A stretch of DNA of 64,000 bases, taken from Nitrospira sp. Its GTDB lineage: Bacteria; Nitrospirota; Nitrospiria; Nitrospirales; Nitrospiraceae. This document shows positions 18,640-30,463 of the stretch, piece after piece. The stretch covers positions 2,272,001 through 2,336,000 of the forward strand of contig AP038806.1 in the NCBI GenBank assembly GCA_047150005.1, written 5' to 3'. The notes under the pieces were generated by a model. It ran no database searches. It had not been told where the DNA came from and worked only from the letters and a program-made list of their open reading frames with translations. Position numbers and translations under genes: made by a program. Each line of letters begins with the position of its first letter. Position 1 is the stretch's first letter.

Positions 18640-20016
18640 ATGAGTTCAAACTGGCATCATGCCTTCAATCCTCAATCGTTTTTGAAGCGGGTTAAGCTCG
18701 AAAGTCTTCTTAAGCGAAATGATGCTTATGCGGATAACCGAATCGAAAAGCTCGGGAAACCGTGTCTGTCATGCGGAGGCTCTGTCGCCCCTGGATTACT
18801 TCTAAACGAAGGGTCGTATCTCTGCGCGGTTTGCTTTGATCGTCTTTCCCTAATCCAATATCCCGAGAGGTACGAAAAACTATGGCGCAACCACCTCATT
18901 GCGTTGGAGGCACGTAGAAAAGCACGCCAAGAGTTGATTAGAAACAGCCCGGAGTTGGCCCACGAGAGGATCGTCAACTATGGGTTCTGGTTCTCATTCC
19001 TTCTTTGTTTCATTCAGGTTGGTTTCATTGTGGTGCCAGTCGCTCTTTTTCTTATTGCAAGGTACTTTCACGAGAAACACAACAAGGCCTTGAACGATTG
19101 GGAAAGGCAATATCCTGAACCATCTGCCCCAGCAGTTCGACATTTTCATGATCCTGCTGCAGAACTGACACGGCAGGATAGAGCTACTCTCTACATATTC
19201 AATCACTGGCCAGGCTATCCACCCTTTTGGGGTTACCTGCGTGAAGTGGTCTTAAGAAACGATAACGGGCGATGCCAAGTATCTGGATGCCCCTCGCGGC
19301 TTGAACTCCATATTCATCACATCAAGCCCGTTTCAGAAGGGGGAGAGCACTCGCCGGAGAATCTCGTCTCGTTATGTGATTTTCACCATGCTCTCGAACC
19401 TGATAAAGGACACGAACGAATTTGGGGGAACATCAAGACGAGGTATTTCACTCTTGTCTGTGAACATGAGCGCTCCAATCGAGTTTCCTCTGGTAGTCAT
19501 AGTGTTTGTGCTCACCTCAGGCGCTTGCAACTGGTTTCCTTGAAAGAGTTGCATGAATTAAGGAAGACGTATGGTTTCAGCTGCCCTCAATGCCAGAATT
19601 TCGATATCAAGTTCACGTTGCCCAGCGGCAGGAACATGATCGAAGTTAGCTGCCCGACTTGTGAAAAGAGCGTAGAAGGTCCCCAAGAACTCACGGAAGA
19701 AACTGGTCCCCGCCTGGCCGAACTACTCCGTGTGACCCGCAATCATGGGCGCTGGCCTGCAAGATGGGATATGCTCATGGAGCGTAGGGATGCAGTTTGG
19801 GGCGATTGGAAGGGATCTCGTGCTACGAGGAGGCGTAGTGACTTCAAGAAGCGAGTGGAACAGGATTTGTCAAAGCCAATATGCCCTGAGTGTGGTGCGC
19901 CTATGCGTCTAATTCGACCTAGACCAAGCGACGGATGGAAACCATTTTGGGGTTGCACTCAGTATAGAGTTACTGGTTGTAGGGGAAGTTCGAGGTTCTC
20001 TGAAGCGGAGCATTGA
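18640..20016 (+). CDS. membrane-anchored HNH endonuclease with multiple zinc ribbons
   Basis: CQVSGC..LHIHHIKPVSEGGEHSPENLVSLCDFHH HNH core; TM segment; C-terminal CPECGAPMRL..FWGCTQYRVTGC topoisomerase-type C4 finger. Confidence 0.85.
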   Translation: MSSNWHHAFNPQSFLKRVKLESLLKRNDAYADNRIEKLGKPCLSCGGSVAPGLLLNEGSYLCAVCFDRLSLIQYPERYEKLWRNHLIALEARRKARQELIRNSPELAHERIVNYGFWFSFLLCFIQVGFIVVPVALFLIARYFHEKHNKALNDWERQYPEPSAPAVRHFHDPAAELTRQDRATLYIFNHWPGYPPFWGYLREVVLRNDNGRCQVSGCPSRLELHIHHIKPVSEGGEHSPENLVSLCDFHHALEPDKGHERIWGNIKTRYFTLVCEHERSNRVSSGSHSVCAHLRRLQLVSLKELHELRKTYGFSCPQCQNFDIKFTLPSGRNMIEVSCPTCEKSVEGPQELTEETGPRLAELLRVTRNHGRWPARWDMLMERRDAVWGDWKGSRATRRRSDFKKRVEQDLSKPICPECGAPMRLIRPRPSDGWKPFWGCTQYRVTGCRGSSRFSEAEH

Positions 20017-20146
20017 CCCACTCCGCTAGGCACTTAAGTGAAGATGCCCATTTCAACTTTGATTCTCTCTAGGCGACGGGTCTACTAGCGACCCGTCGAC
20101 GACTCATTCTCTCTTCAGAGCTGCGCTGAGCGGTCTTGCTTTGAGA

Positions 20147-20237
20147 TTGCGGGTGGCGCCGATCAGGGACCCTTCTCACCCGCCCACCCTGCCTGCGCCG
20201 AGACGCAGGCCTTTCCCAAGCGCCCGCAACGGAAGGG
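20147..20237 (+). repeat. ~90-bp intergenic repeat, copy 1
   Basis: Colinear with reverse complement of 34112-34201 (ttgcgggtggcg...ttctcaccc.cccaccc...gcgcc.agacgc...cggaaggg). Confidence 0.75.
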
Positions 20238-20372
20238 GAAGACAGCTGTTCACAGCGAGAATCAGTGAATGGGATCAACTGCCAAGGCGATAACGATAGT
20301 CGAAAGGACCTCCCACGGGGGGATGGGTGGAGTGAGGGCGGACGGGGTGGTCGGCGCCAGGACCCGCTCTCT

Positions 20373-20555
20373 CTAATCCGCTTCCGGTTCCGAACTGCCG
20401 TGCTGGTGGGATACCCGATCCTCGTCGAACAGCTCTTCCATTTCCTCTGCGATCATATCGCGATCGTTCGGAACCGAGATAAGGGGGATTTCCTTCCGAG
20501 CCTTGGGCTCTTTCTCCGCTTCCGGCGGTTCAGGCTGTTTGGGCTTGTCGCTCAT
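20373..20555 (-). CDS. small acidic hypothetical protein (60 aa)
   Basis: MSDKPKQPEPPEAEKE...; co-oriented downstream of zinc-ribbon gene. Confidence 0.55.
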   Translation of the reverse strand: MSDKPKQPEPPEAEKEPKARKEIPLISVPNDRDMIAEEMEELFDEDRVSHQHGSSEPEAD

Positions 20556-20592
20556 AGCTGAAGTATACACACCCGGCCGAGGGAAAGGCGAG

Positions 20593-20952
20593 CTATTCAA
20601 AGGCTTCGAGTGAGGACCTTTCCGGGAAGGCTCTCTTGCAGTTGGTGCAAGTCACGAAGTAAATAGCTTCACGGACCGACATGGTGATCCGAAAATCCAG
20701 GCTGACGCCACGATGGTTGCAGGCGGTGCAGGAGATTTCCTTCAACCGATAGGGCACATCCGGCTGGGTACGCAAATAGAACTCCATATCCGTATAGACC
20801 GGAAAACTGTAGAAGCATTTTTTGCACACCCCGCGCCATTCACCGTCGGACTGCATGAATCGCTGGTCGATGCCGAAACTGGATCCCTTGCAGATGGCAC
20901 ACCGCACGGTGGACAATCTCGATTCAACGTCAGGAACTGAGAGATTGGGCAT
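20593..20952 (-). CDS. double zinc-ribbon hypothetical protein (119 aa)
   Basis: Four CxxC pairs (CAIC, CKKC, CTAC, CTNC); AAGGAG RBS before ATG 20952. Confidence 0.78.
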   Translation of the reverse strand: MPNLSVPDVESRLSTVRCAICKGSSFGIDQRFMQSDGEWRGVCKKCFYSFPVYTDMEFYLRTQPDVPYRLKEISCTACNHRGVSLDFRITMSVREAIYFVTCTNCKRAFPERSSLEAFE

Positions 20953-21065
20953 TAGAGCGGTTCTCCTTCGATCCCGCCGAGTATAGCGTTCGGACCGAAA
21001 TGACTGCAACCGCGGCATCGATTCGGACTTGATCAAGAACCGCATCGATTCTATAGTTGATTGCG

Positions 21066-21506
21066 ATGTATCAGATCACCGAGAAGTTGGCCGTCGGCAA
21101 TGCTTCCCATGCCGAGAGTCCGCCCGCCAGCATCGGGGCGTTGTTGATGGTGGCGGCTGAACTGTTGATTGCACCGCCGGCAGGGGTTGCTTACGGCAGG
21201 ATCCCTTTGAAAGAATACGGAGAAGCGGGGGTTTCCTCGCTCGACCAAGCCGTCGCCTGGCTTGAAGCGCACCTGACGGAAAATCGTGTCCTGGTCTGCT
21301 GCCGCGCGGGGATGGGACGCTCCGTCTCGGTCGTGCTGGCCTATCTCTGCTGTGCGGAGAACATGGCCTATCCCGATGCCTTGAGCCTGGTGTTGAAGCG
21401 CCGGCCGGGTGCTGTCCCCCTCCCGAACTTGCGCTGGACCATCGAGGCAGTGCAACAGCTTCGCGAATCTCGAAGAACGGCTGATGCGTCCGGTCTGAGG
21501 GCTTGA
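21066..21506 (+). CDS. dual-specificity protein phosphatase family protein
   Basis: CX5R loop VCCRAGMGRS, AYL, KRRP..PLPN. Confidence 0.85.
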   Translation: MYQITEKLAVGNASHAESPPASIGALLMVAAELLIAPPAGVAYGRIPLKEYGEAGVSSLDQAVAWLEAHLTENRVLVCCRAGMGRSVSVVLAYLCCAENMAYPDALSLVLKRRPGAVPLPNLRWTIEAVQQLRESRRTADASGLRA

Positions 21507-21591
21507 TACCCGCCCGGCCGAGATCCGCTCGTGTCTCTTCCTCAGACCACACTGTTCAAGCCGGTCCTTGACGAGACGGAGTACCTTGTTC

Positions 21592-22464
21592 ATGCCGGAA
21601 CTCCCTGAAGCGGAAGTCGTCGCCAGACAAATCCGGTCCCGTTTGACCGGTGCGAGGCTGGTCGACGTGATCCTCGGTCGCCGGGACATCGTCAGGGAAG
21701 GAGTGGGCACCCTGTCCTGGTATCGAGAGACCCGACTGATCTCCATCGACCGATACGGCAAGAGTGTCGCGCTGGGGTTTCAGAGAAGCGCCGAGGTGCG
21801 ATACGTGGTGGCTGAGCTCGGGATGACCGGCCTCCTGCTGTTCGACACCGTCCCGATCAGACATCCTCGGCATGTTCACGTGGAGTTGACCTTCGAAGAA
21901 GGCTCCGAGCAGACGCTTCGCTATTGGAACCCACGCCGATTCGGCCGCCTGTCCCTCCTTGATGCTTCCGGACTTGACCGGTACATCTCCCGCCGCTTCG
22001 GCTACGATCCGTTGACGGTCTCACGCGAGGAGTTTGCCGGCCTCCTGAGCCGTCGACGAGGCAGGTTGAAACCCTTGTTGATGCATCAGCAAATGGTGGC
22101 CGGTATCGGTAATATTTACGCGAACGAGATCCTGTTCCGTGCCGGCTTGCACCCGAACTGTCAGGCCAATCGCCTGCGCCCCGACAGGATCGACAGGCTG
22201 TTCCAAATCACCCAGCAAGTGCTCAGGCAGGCGATCGACTGCGGTGGATCGAGCGTACGGGATTTCTTCGCTCCCGACGGGACGGAAGGCGAATACAAGC
22301 GACATCATCTGGTCTATGGGAAGGAGGGTGAGCCTTGTCCCAACCGATGCGGAGGGACCATCAGGCGGCTCCAGAGCGAGCGAAGCTCGTTCATCTGCCC
22401 TGGTTGTCAAGGGCAGCGACGTCCGATGGGCTCGACAGGCACGAATGCGCCGGGCGCTCGATGA
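21592..22464 (+). CDS. mutM: formamidopyrimidine-DNA glycosylase
   Basis: MPELPE N-terminus, LGMTG, GIGNIYANE H2TH, C-terminal zinc finger. Confidence 0.95.
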   Translation: MPELPEAEVVARQIRSRLTGARLVDVILGRRDIVREGVGTLSWYRETRLISIDRYGKSVALGFQRSAEVRYVVAELGMTGLLLFDTVPIRHPRHVHVELTFEEGSEQTLRYWNPRRFGRLSLLDASGLDRYISRRFGYDPLTVSREEFAGLLSRRRGRLKPLLMHQQMVAGIGNIYANEILFRAGLHPNCQANRLRPDRIDRLFQITQQVLRQAIDCGGSSVRDFFAPDGTEGEYKRHHLVYGKEGEPCPNRCGGTIRRLQSERSSFICPGCQGQRRPMGSTGTNAPGAR

Positions 22465-22637
22465 AACACCATTAGAAATCGGCAACTTGCGCCTCTCGTG
22501 CACCCCTGGTCTCGTCGGCTAGGCCTTTTGCTCCCCCGCGAATTAGTCCCTCTGGTGTATTGAGTCATCTCCGCTATTTCGCTACAATCCGGCTCCCTTG
22601 TTACCGCTTGCCACTCGCGTCACGAAGGAGACCCGTC

Positions 22638-23834
22638 ATGGCCAAAGTGCTCGAAGGTCCCGGCATGGGGCTGATGAAGAAATGGGGAATTGCCGTTCCG
22701 CAGTATGTCGTTGTCACCTCCGCCGATGAACTCGCCAAGCTGGGACAAGCCAATGAATGGATGAAGAAAAGCAAGCTGGTTGCCAAGGCCCATGAAGCCT
22801 TGGGGTCCCGGTTCAAGCTTGGTCTGGTCAAAGTCGGCCTCGATGTGAATGAGGCGGTGGCGGCGACGAAAGAGATGATCGGCCGTCAGGTCGGCAGTAT
22901 CACGGTGACGCAGGTCATCGTGTCCGAGATGATTCCGCACAAGGAGGAGTTCTACTGCGCGGTCAAGTCGACCCGCGAGGGCAGCGAGATTCTCGTGGCC
23001 AACTGTGGCGGCATCGAAGTGGAGTCGAATTGGGACAGGGTCAAGCGGTTGACCTTGGATGTCGGACAGCAGCCGACCCCGGAAGCATTGGAGAAGTCGG
23101 CCAAGGATGCGGGGTTCTCCGGGTCCTTGACGAAGAAAATGGCGGACTTTGCCGGGAAAATGTTCACCTGCTTCGACAACGAAGACGCGCAGTATCTTGA
23201 AGTCAATCCCGTGGTCGTGCGGGAAAGCGACGGCGAACTGGTCGCCCTCGATGCGGTCACGCTGCTCGACGGCGACGCCAAGTTCAGGCATCCGGACTGG
23301 AATTTTCAGTTTGCCGCCGAGTTCGGCCGTGCGTATTCCAAGGACGAGATGGAAGTGATGGCCGTCGACAGCAAGATCAAAGGGTCCGTGAAATTCATTG
23401 AAATTCCCGGCGGCGATACGGCGATGCTCCCGGCCGGCGGCGGCGCCAGCGTGTACTACTCGGATGCGGTCGTGGCGCGCGGCGGCAAACTGGCCAACTA
23501 TGCGGAGTATTCCGGAGATCCTCCCGACTGGGCCGTCGAGGTCCTGACCGAAAAGATCTGTTCGCTCCCCCACATCAAGAACATTATCGTCGGTGGCGCC
23601 ATCGCCAACTTTACCGACGTCAAGAAGACCTTCGGCGGCATCATCAACGGATTCCGGAAAGCCAAGTCTGACGGCAAGCTCAAGCATGTCAAGATTTGGG
23701 TTCGCCGCGGCGGCCCCAGAGAAAAGGAGGGCCTCGACGCCATGCGGGCTCTCAAGGACGAAGGATTCGACATCCACGTCTTCGATCGCAACACACCGCT
23801 GACCGATATCGTCGACAAGGCCCTGCAGAAGTAA
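22638..23834 (+). CDS. aclB: ATP citrate lyase beta subunit
   Basis: ATP-grasp region, LEVNP, AGGGASVYYSD, LANYAEYSGDP, GGAIANFTDV, VRRGGP. Confidence 0.95.
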   Translation: MAKVLEGPGMGLMKKWGIAVPQYVVVTSADELAKLGQANEWMKKSKLVAKAHEALGSRFKLGLVKVGLDVNEAVAATKEMIGRQVGSITVTQVIVSEMIPHKEEFYCAVKSTREGSEILVANCGGIEVESNWDRVKRLTLDVGQQPTPEALEKSAKDAGFSGSLTKKMADFAGKMFTCFDNEDAQYLEVNPVVVRESDGELVALDAVTLLDGDAKFRHPDWNFQFAAEFGRAYSKDEMEVMAVDSKIKGSVKFIEIPGGDTAMLPAGGGASVYYSDAVVARGGKLANYAEYSGDPPDWAVEVLTEKICSLPHIKNIIVGGAIANFTDVKKTFGGIINGFRKAKSDGKLKHVKIWVRRGGPREKEGLDAMRALKDEGFDIHVFDRNTPLTDIVDKALQK

Positions 23835-23841
23835 GACAAAA

Positions 23842-23911
23842 GTTCTGAGTCCTGAGTGCTGAGCAGCGGAGCAATTCTTCACTCAGCACCCAGCACTGAG
23901 CACTCAGCACT
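23842..23911. repeat. heptamer-period palindromic repeat (TGCTGAG/CTCAGCA class)
   Basis: ttctgag-tcctgag-tgctgag ... ctcagca-cccagca-ctgagca-ctcagca. Confidence 0.8.
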
Positions 23912-23929
23912 AGGAAAGAGGAGACTCCG

Positions 23930-25750
23930 ATGAGCATTCTGGCAAACAAAGACACCCGCGTGGTGATCCAAGGCGGACAGGCTGGTGTCAACGCCGCCCG
24001 CCGCATGGCTGAATTTTGTTATCTCATCAAGCGCCCGCTCAACGTCGAGGCCTTCGTCTATCCGCCCGATGCCGGGAAGACCAACGAGATCCCCTACGGG
24101 AGCGGACTGATCGCCATTCCCGTCTACAAATCCATTGCTGAAGCCACCAAGAATCATCCCGCGATCAATACCAGCCTCGTCTACATCGGCGCAGACCGCG
24201 CGATGAAGGGCGGGATGGAAGCGCTCGACGATCCCCATATCAAGGTCGTGTCGATGATCACCGAGGGGGTGCCGGAGAAAGACGCCAAACTGCTCGGAGC
24301 CCATGCGCGAAAACTGGGCAAGGTGTTCAACGGTCCGTCTTCGATCGGCGTCATTTCGGCCGGCTCGTGTCGGCTGGGTGTGATCGGTGGTGCTTTCGAC
24401 AATCTTGTGTTGTCGAAGCTCTATCGCGAGGGATCGTTCGGGGTCATCACCAAGTCGGGCGGGCTTTCCAACGAGATCATCTGGATCTGTTCCCAATTCG
24501 CCGACGGAATTACCACGGCGATCGGCATCGGCGGCGATGCCTATCCCGGCACGGACTACGTCAGTTATCTTGAGATGTTCGAGAACGATCCTCAGACGAA
24601 GGCGGTGGTCATCGTCGGGGAAATGGGCGGTGACCTCGAAGAGCGCGCCGCCGAGTGGTACGGTGCCAAGAAGCGGCGGATCAAGTTGATCGGGGTCGTG
24701 TCCGGTTTCTGTCAGGAGAGTCTGCCCAAGGGCATGAAATTCGGCCACGCGGGGGCCAAGGAAGGCATGAAGGGGGAAGGGTCGGCCCGGTCGAAATCGG
24801 AAGCGCTCAAGAAGGCCGGCGCGCTCGTGCCCCCCACGTTCGGGGCGCTCGGCCCGGCGATCAAGGAGACCTATCAGGAACTGTTGAAGTCCGGGCAGGT
24901 GAAGGAGCCGGTCGAGCCGACGGTGTTGCCGCGGTTGCCCAAGTCGATCGAAGAAGCGATGAAGGCGGACGAAGTGATGGTGGCGCCGCTGATCCGCACG
25001 ACGATCAGCGACGACCGGGGAGACGAGCCGTGCTACGACGGCTATCCGGCCTCCGAGTTGATCAACAAGGGCTACGAAATCCCCCATGTCATCGGCCTGT
25101 TGTGGGACAAGCGGCTCATCTCCAAACAGGAAGCCGAAATCATCAAGCGCATCATGATGCTGTCGGCCGACCATGGTCCCTGCGTCAGCGGAGCCTACGC
25201 GACAATCTTGGCGGCCTGCGCCGGCATCGGACTCTCACAATCGGTGGCGGCGGGTCTCATCATGATCGGACCGCGTTTCGGCGGCGCGGTGACCGACGCC
25301 GGTCGGTACTTCAAGTATGCCGTTGACAATAAAATGTCCGTGGATGAATTTCTCGCTTACATGAAGAAGAATGTCGGCCCCGTGCCGGGAATCGGCCATC
25401 GGGTGAAGAGCTTGCGCAATCCGGACAAGCGCGTGAAGGAACTGGTGGGATACGTCAAGAGCCTGAGTGTCAAGACGCCCTGCCTGGATTTCGCATTGGA
25501 AGTCGAGAAGGTCACGGCCGTGAAGAAGGACAACCTGATCCTCAACGTGGACGGCACGATGGCGGCGGTGCTCGTCGACATCGGGTTCCCGATCGACAGT
25601 TTGAACGGATTCTTCATTCTGTCGCGTACGATCGGGTTGATCGGACACTGGGTGGATCAGAAGCGCCAGGACAGCCGTCTGATCCGGCTGTTCGACTATT
25701 TGGTCAACTATGCGGCGCCCAAAAGGCGGGAAGTCCCGCCCTTAAAATAG
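23930..25750 (+). CDS. aclA: ATP citrate lyase alpha subunit
   Basis: FGHAGA phospho-His, ADHGPCVSG, IGPRFGGA, GIGHRVKS, LNVDG. Confidence 0.96.
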   Translation: MSILANKDTRVVIQGGQAGVNAARRMAEFCYLIKRPLNVEAFVYPPDAGKTNEIPYGSGLIAIPVYKSIAEATKNHPAINTSLVYIGADRAMKGGMEALDDPHIKVVSMITEGVPEKDAKLLGAHARKLGKVFNGPSSIGVISAGSCRLGVIGGAFDNLVLSKLYREGSFGVITKSGGLSNEIIWICSQFADGITTAIGIGGDAYPGTDYVSYLEMFENDPQTKAVVIVGEMGGDLEERAAEWYGAKKRRIKLIGVVSGFCQESLPKGMKFGHAGAKEGMKGEGSARSKSEALKKAGALVPPTFGALGPAIKETYQELLKSGQVKEPVEPTVLPRLPKSIEEAMKADEVMVAPLIRTTISDDRGDEPCYDGYPASELINKGYEIPHVIGLLWDKRLISKQEAEIIKRIMMLSADHGPCVSGAYATILAACAGIGLSQSVAAGLIMIGPRFGGAVTDAGRYFKYAVDNKMSVDEFLAYMKKNVGPVPGIGHRVKSLRNPDKRVKELVGYVKSLSVKTPCLDFALEVEKVTAVKKDNLILNVDGTMAAVLVDIGFPIDSLNGFFILSRTIGLIGHWVDQKRQDSRLIRLFDYLVNYAAPKRREVPPLK

Positions 25751-25771
25751 GCGCGAGAAGTTCCGCCGCTT

Positions 25772-25850
25772 AAGTAAGTTTTGAGTTCTGAGTGTTAAGC
25801 GTTGGGTTGTTGGAACGATCAAATTCAACACTTGAAACTACACATTAAAA
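25772..25850. repeat. degenerate heptamer palindromic repeat (TGCTGAG class)
   Basis: ttttgag-ttctgag-tgttaag ... ttcaaca-cttgaaa. Confidence 0.55.
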
Positions 25851-25864
25851 CCGAGGGTGTATTC

Positions 25865-28111
25865 ATGTCACTCGATCTAGCCAAAAAGCTGTATGCCAAG
25901 ATGCCGGACGTCTGCGCGAAAGCCAGAACGAAATTCGGCCGGGGTCTCACGCTCGCCGAGAAAATTCTTGTGTCGCACGCCGACAATTTCGACACGCAGG
26001 TCTGGGAACGCGGGAAAGCCATGCTCGCGTTGAGACCGGACCGGGTGGCGATGCAGGACGCGACGGCCCAGATGGCGATGTTGCAGTTCATGCAGGCCGG
26101 TAAGAAGCAGGCTGCGGTCCCGAGCACGATCCACTGCGATCACTTGATCCGCGCCGAAATGGGATCCCAAAAGGACCTGCTGCGGGCCATGGACGAGAAC
26201 AAGGAAGTTTATAATTTTCTCGCTTCTGCCGCGAAGAAGTACGGGATCGGATTCTGGAAGCCCGGGGCCGGCATCATCCACCAGGTAGTGCTCGAGAACT
26301 ATGCGTTCCCCGGCGGCTTGATCATCGGCACGGATTCCCATACGCCGAACGGCGGCGGGCTCGGCATGCTGGCGATCGGGGTCGGAGGAGCGGATGCCGG
26401 TGAGGTGATGGCCGGATTACCCTGGGAAGTGCTTCATCCGAAGCTGATCGGCGTGCGGTTGACCGGGCGGCTCAGCGGCTGGGCCTCGCCGAAAGACGTG
26501 ATTCTCTATCTGTGCGGGCTCCTGACCGTGAAGGGCGGAACCAACAAGATCGTCGAGTATTTCGGCCCCGGCGCCGAAACCATCAGCGCCACGGGGAAGG
26601 GCACCATCTGCAACATGGGCGCGGAATTGGGCGCGACGACGTCCGTGTTCCCGTTTGATCAGAAAATGGTCGCCTATATGACGATCACCGATCGCGCCGA
26701 TCTGGCCAACTTCGCGCAATCGCACAAGGATCTCCTGGTTGCCGATCCGGAAGTCTATCAATCGCCTGAGAAGTACTACGACCAGATCGTCGAGGTCGAT
26801 CTCTCCAAGCTGGAACCGCACGTCGTCGGACCGCATACGCCGGATCTCGCGCGGCCGATCTCCAAGTTGGCTGCCGAAGCGAAAGAGAAGGGCTATCCGG
26901 TCGAGTTGAAGGCCGCTCTCATCGGCAGCTGCACCAACTCATCCTATGAAGACATCAGCCGGTCCGCCCACATCGCCAAGCAGGGCATGAAGGCCGGACT
27001 TAAGGCCAAAACAGCGTTTCTGGTATCACCCGGCTCTGAGCGCATTTATCACACCATGAAGCGCGACGGGTTCCTGGAGACCTTCGAGCAGCTCGGCGGG
27101 ACCGTCCTGTCGAATTCCTGCGGTCCCTGTATCGGTCAGTGGAAGCGCGCCGACGGGGTGAAGGGGAGAGCCGACTCGATCGTCAGCTCCTTCAACCGGA
27201 ATTTCCCTGGCCGCAACGACGGGATTAACGAGACGCTCTCGTTCCTTGCGAGCCCGGAAGTCGTGACGGCTTATGCGTTGTCGGGCGATCTGGGCTTCGA
27301 CCCGGTGAACGGCAGGCTCAAGGGAGCTGACGGGAAGGAATTCAAGCTCGAGCCGCCACAGGGGGAAGAATTGCCGGCTAAGGGATTTGCCAAGGGCGAG
27401 GAGGGGTTTGTGGCCCCGGCAGAAAACGGGGAGGCCCTGACCGTCGATATCCCCCCGACCAGCGAGCGATTGCAGCTGTTGCAGCCGTTCCCGCGCTGGG
27501 ACGGAAAGGATTTTGAGAAGCTTCCCCTCCTGATCAAGACGAAGGGCAAGACCACGACCGATCACATTTCTCCCGCGGGTCCGTGGTTGAAATTCCGGGG
27601 CCACCTGGACAAGATCAGCGACAACATGTTTCTGGGCGCGAACAACGCGTTCGCCCCAGAGCCGGGCAAGGGAACGGACGTGCTGGCCGGGGAAACCGGG
27701 TTGACGATCGCGCAGATCGCGCGCCGCTACAAGGCAAAGAGCATCGGATCCATCGTCGTCGGCGATGAGAACTATGGCGAGGGCAGCAGCCGGGAACATG
27801 CGGCCATGTCCCCACGCTTCCTCAACGTCCGAGCGGTGATCACGAAGAGCTTTGCCCGCATCCACGAGACCAATCTGAAGAAGCAAGGGATCTTGGCGTT
27901 GACCTTCGCTGATCCGAAGGATTACGAGAAGATCGAGCAGCAGGACCGCATCAGTGTGACGGGGCTGACGAATCTGGCTCCTGGCAAGCCGGTGCAGGTG
28001 ATCATTCACAAGACGGATGGCAACGCGCTCACCATCCAGGCGAACCACAGCATGACGGCACAACAGCTTGCGTGGTTCAAGGCAGGTTCGGCGTTGAACG
28101 CGCTGAACTAA
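25865..28111 (+). CDS. acnA: aconitate hydratase (mitochondrial-like type)
   Basis: DRVAMQDATAQM, HCDH, DSHTPN, IGSCTNSSY, CGPCIGQW, NYGEGSSREHA. Confidence 0.95.
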   Translation: MSLDLAKKLYAKMPDVCAKARTKFGRGLTLAEKILVSHADNFDTQVWERGKAMLALRPDRVAMQDATAQMAMLQFMQAGKKQAAVPSTIHCDHLIRAEMGSQKDLLRAMDENKEVYNFLASAAKKYGIGFWKPGAGIIHQVVLENYAFPGGLIIGTDSHTPNGGGLGMLAIGVGGADAGEVMAGLPWEVLHPKLIGVRLTGRLSGWASPKDVILYLCGLLTVKGGTNKIVEYFGPGAETISATGKGTICNMGAELGATTSVFPFDQKMVAYMTITDRADLANFAQSHKDLLVADPEVYQSPEKYYDQIVEVDLSKLEPHVVGPHTPDLARPISKLAAEAKEKGYPVELKAALIGSCTNSSYEDISRSAHIAKQGMKAGLKAKTAFLVSPGSERIYHTMKRDGFLETFEQLGGTVLSNSCGPCIGQWKRADGVKGRADSIVSSFNRNFPGRNDGINETLSFLASPEVVTAYALSGDLGFDPVNGRLKGADGKEFKLEPPQGEELPAKGFAKGEEGFVAPAENGEALTVDIPPTSERLQLLQPFPRWDGKDFEKLPLLIKTKGKTTTDHISPAGPWLKFRGHLDKISDNMFLGANNAFAPEPGKGTDVLAGETGLTIAQIARRYKAKSIGSIVVGDENYGEGSSREHAAMSPRFLNVRAVITKSFARIHETNLKKQGILALTFADPKDYEKIEQQDRISVTGLTNLAPGKPVQVIIHKTDGNALTIQANHSMTAQQLAWFKAGSALNALN

Positions 28112-30367
<2,256 letters not shown>

Positions 30368-30380
30368 GTCATGGACGAGA

Positions 30381-30407
30381 CGGCCGGGCCGCAGGGCGGC
30401 CCGGCCG
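30381..30407. other. GC hairpin between icd and frdB
   Basis: cggccgggccgc-agg-gcggcccggccg perfect 12-bp stem with no U-tract. Confidence 0.6.
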
Positions 30408-30463
30408 CAGTCAGCGTCAGGGCAGTCGGTTTCGGCGACGATTCAGCACGAGGATGCGGGAAA

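Noticed and set aside
23842..23911. Possible CRISPR array
   Set aside because: 7-nt tandem units without unique spacers, and no cas genes in the window
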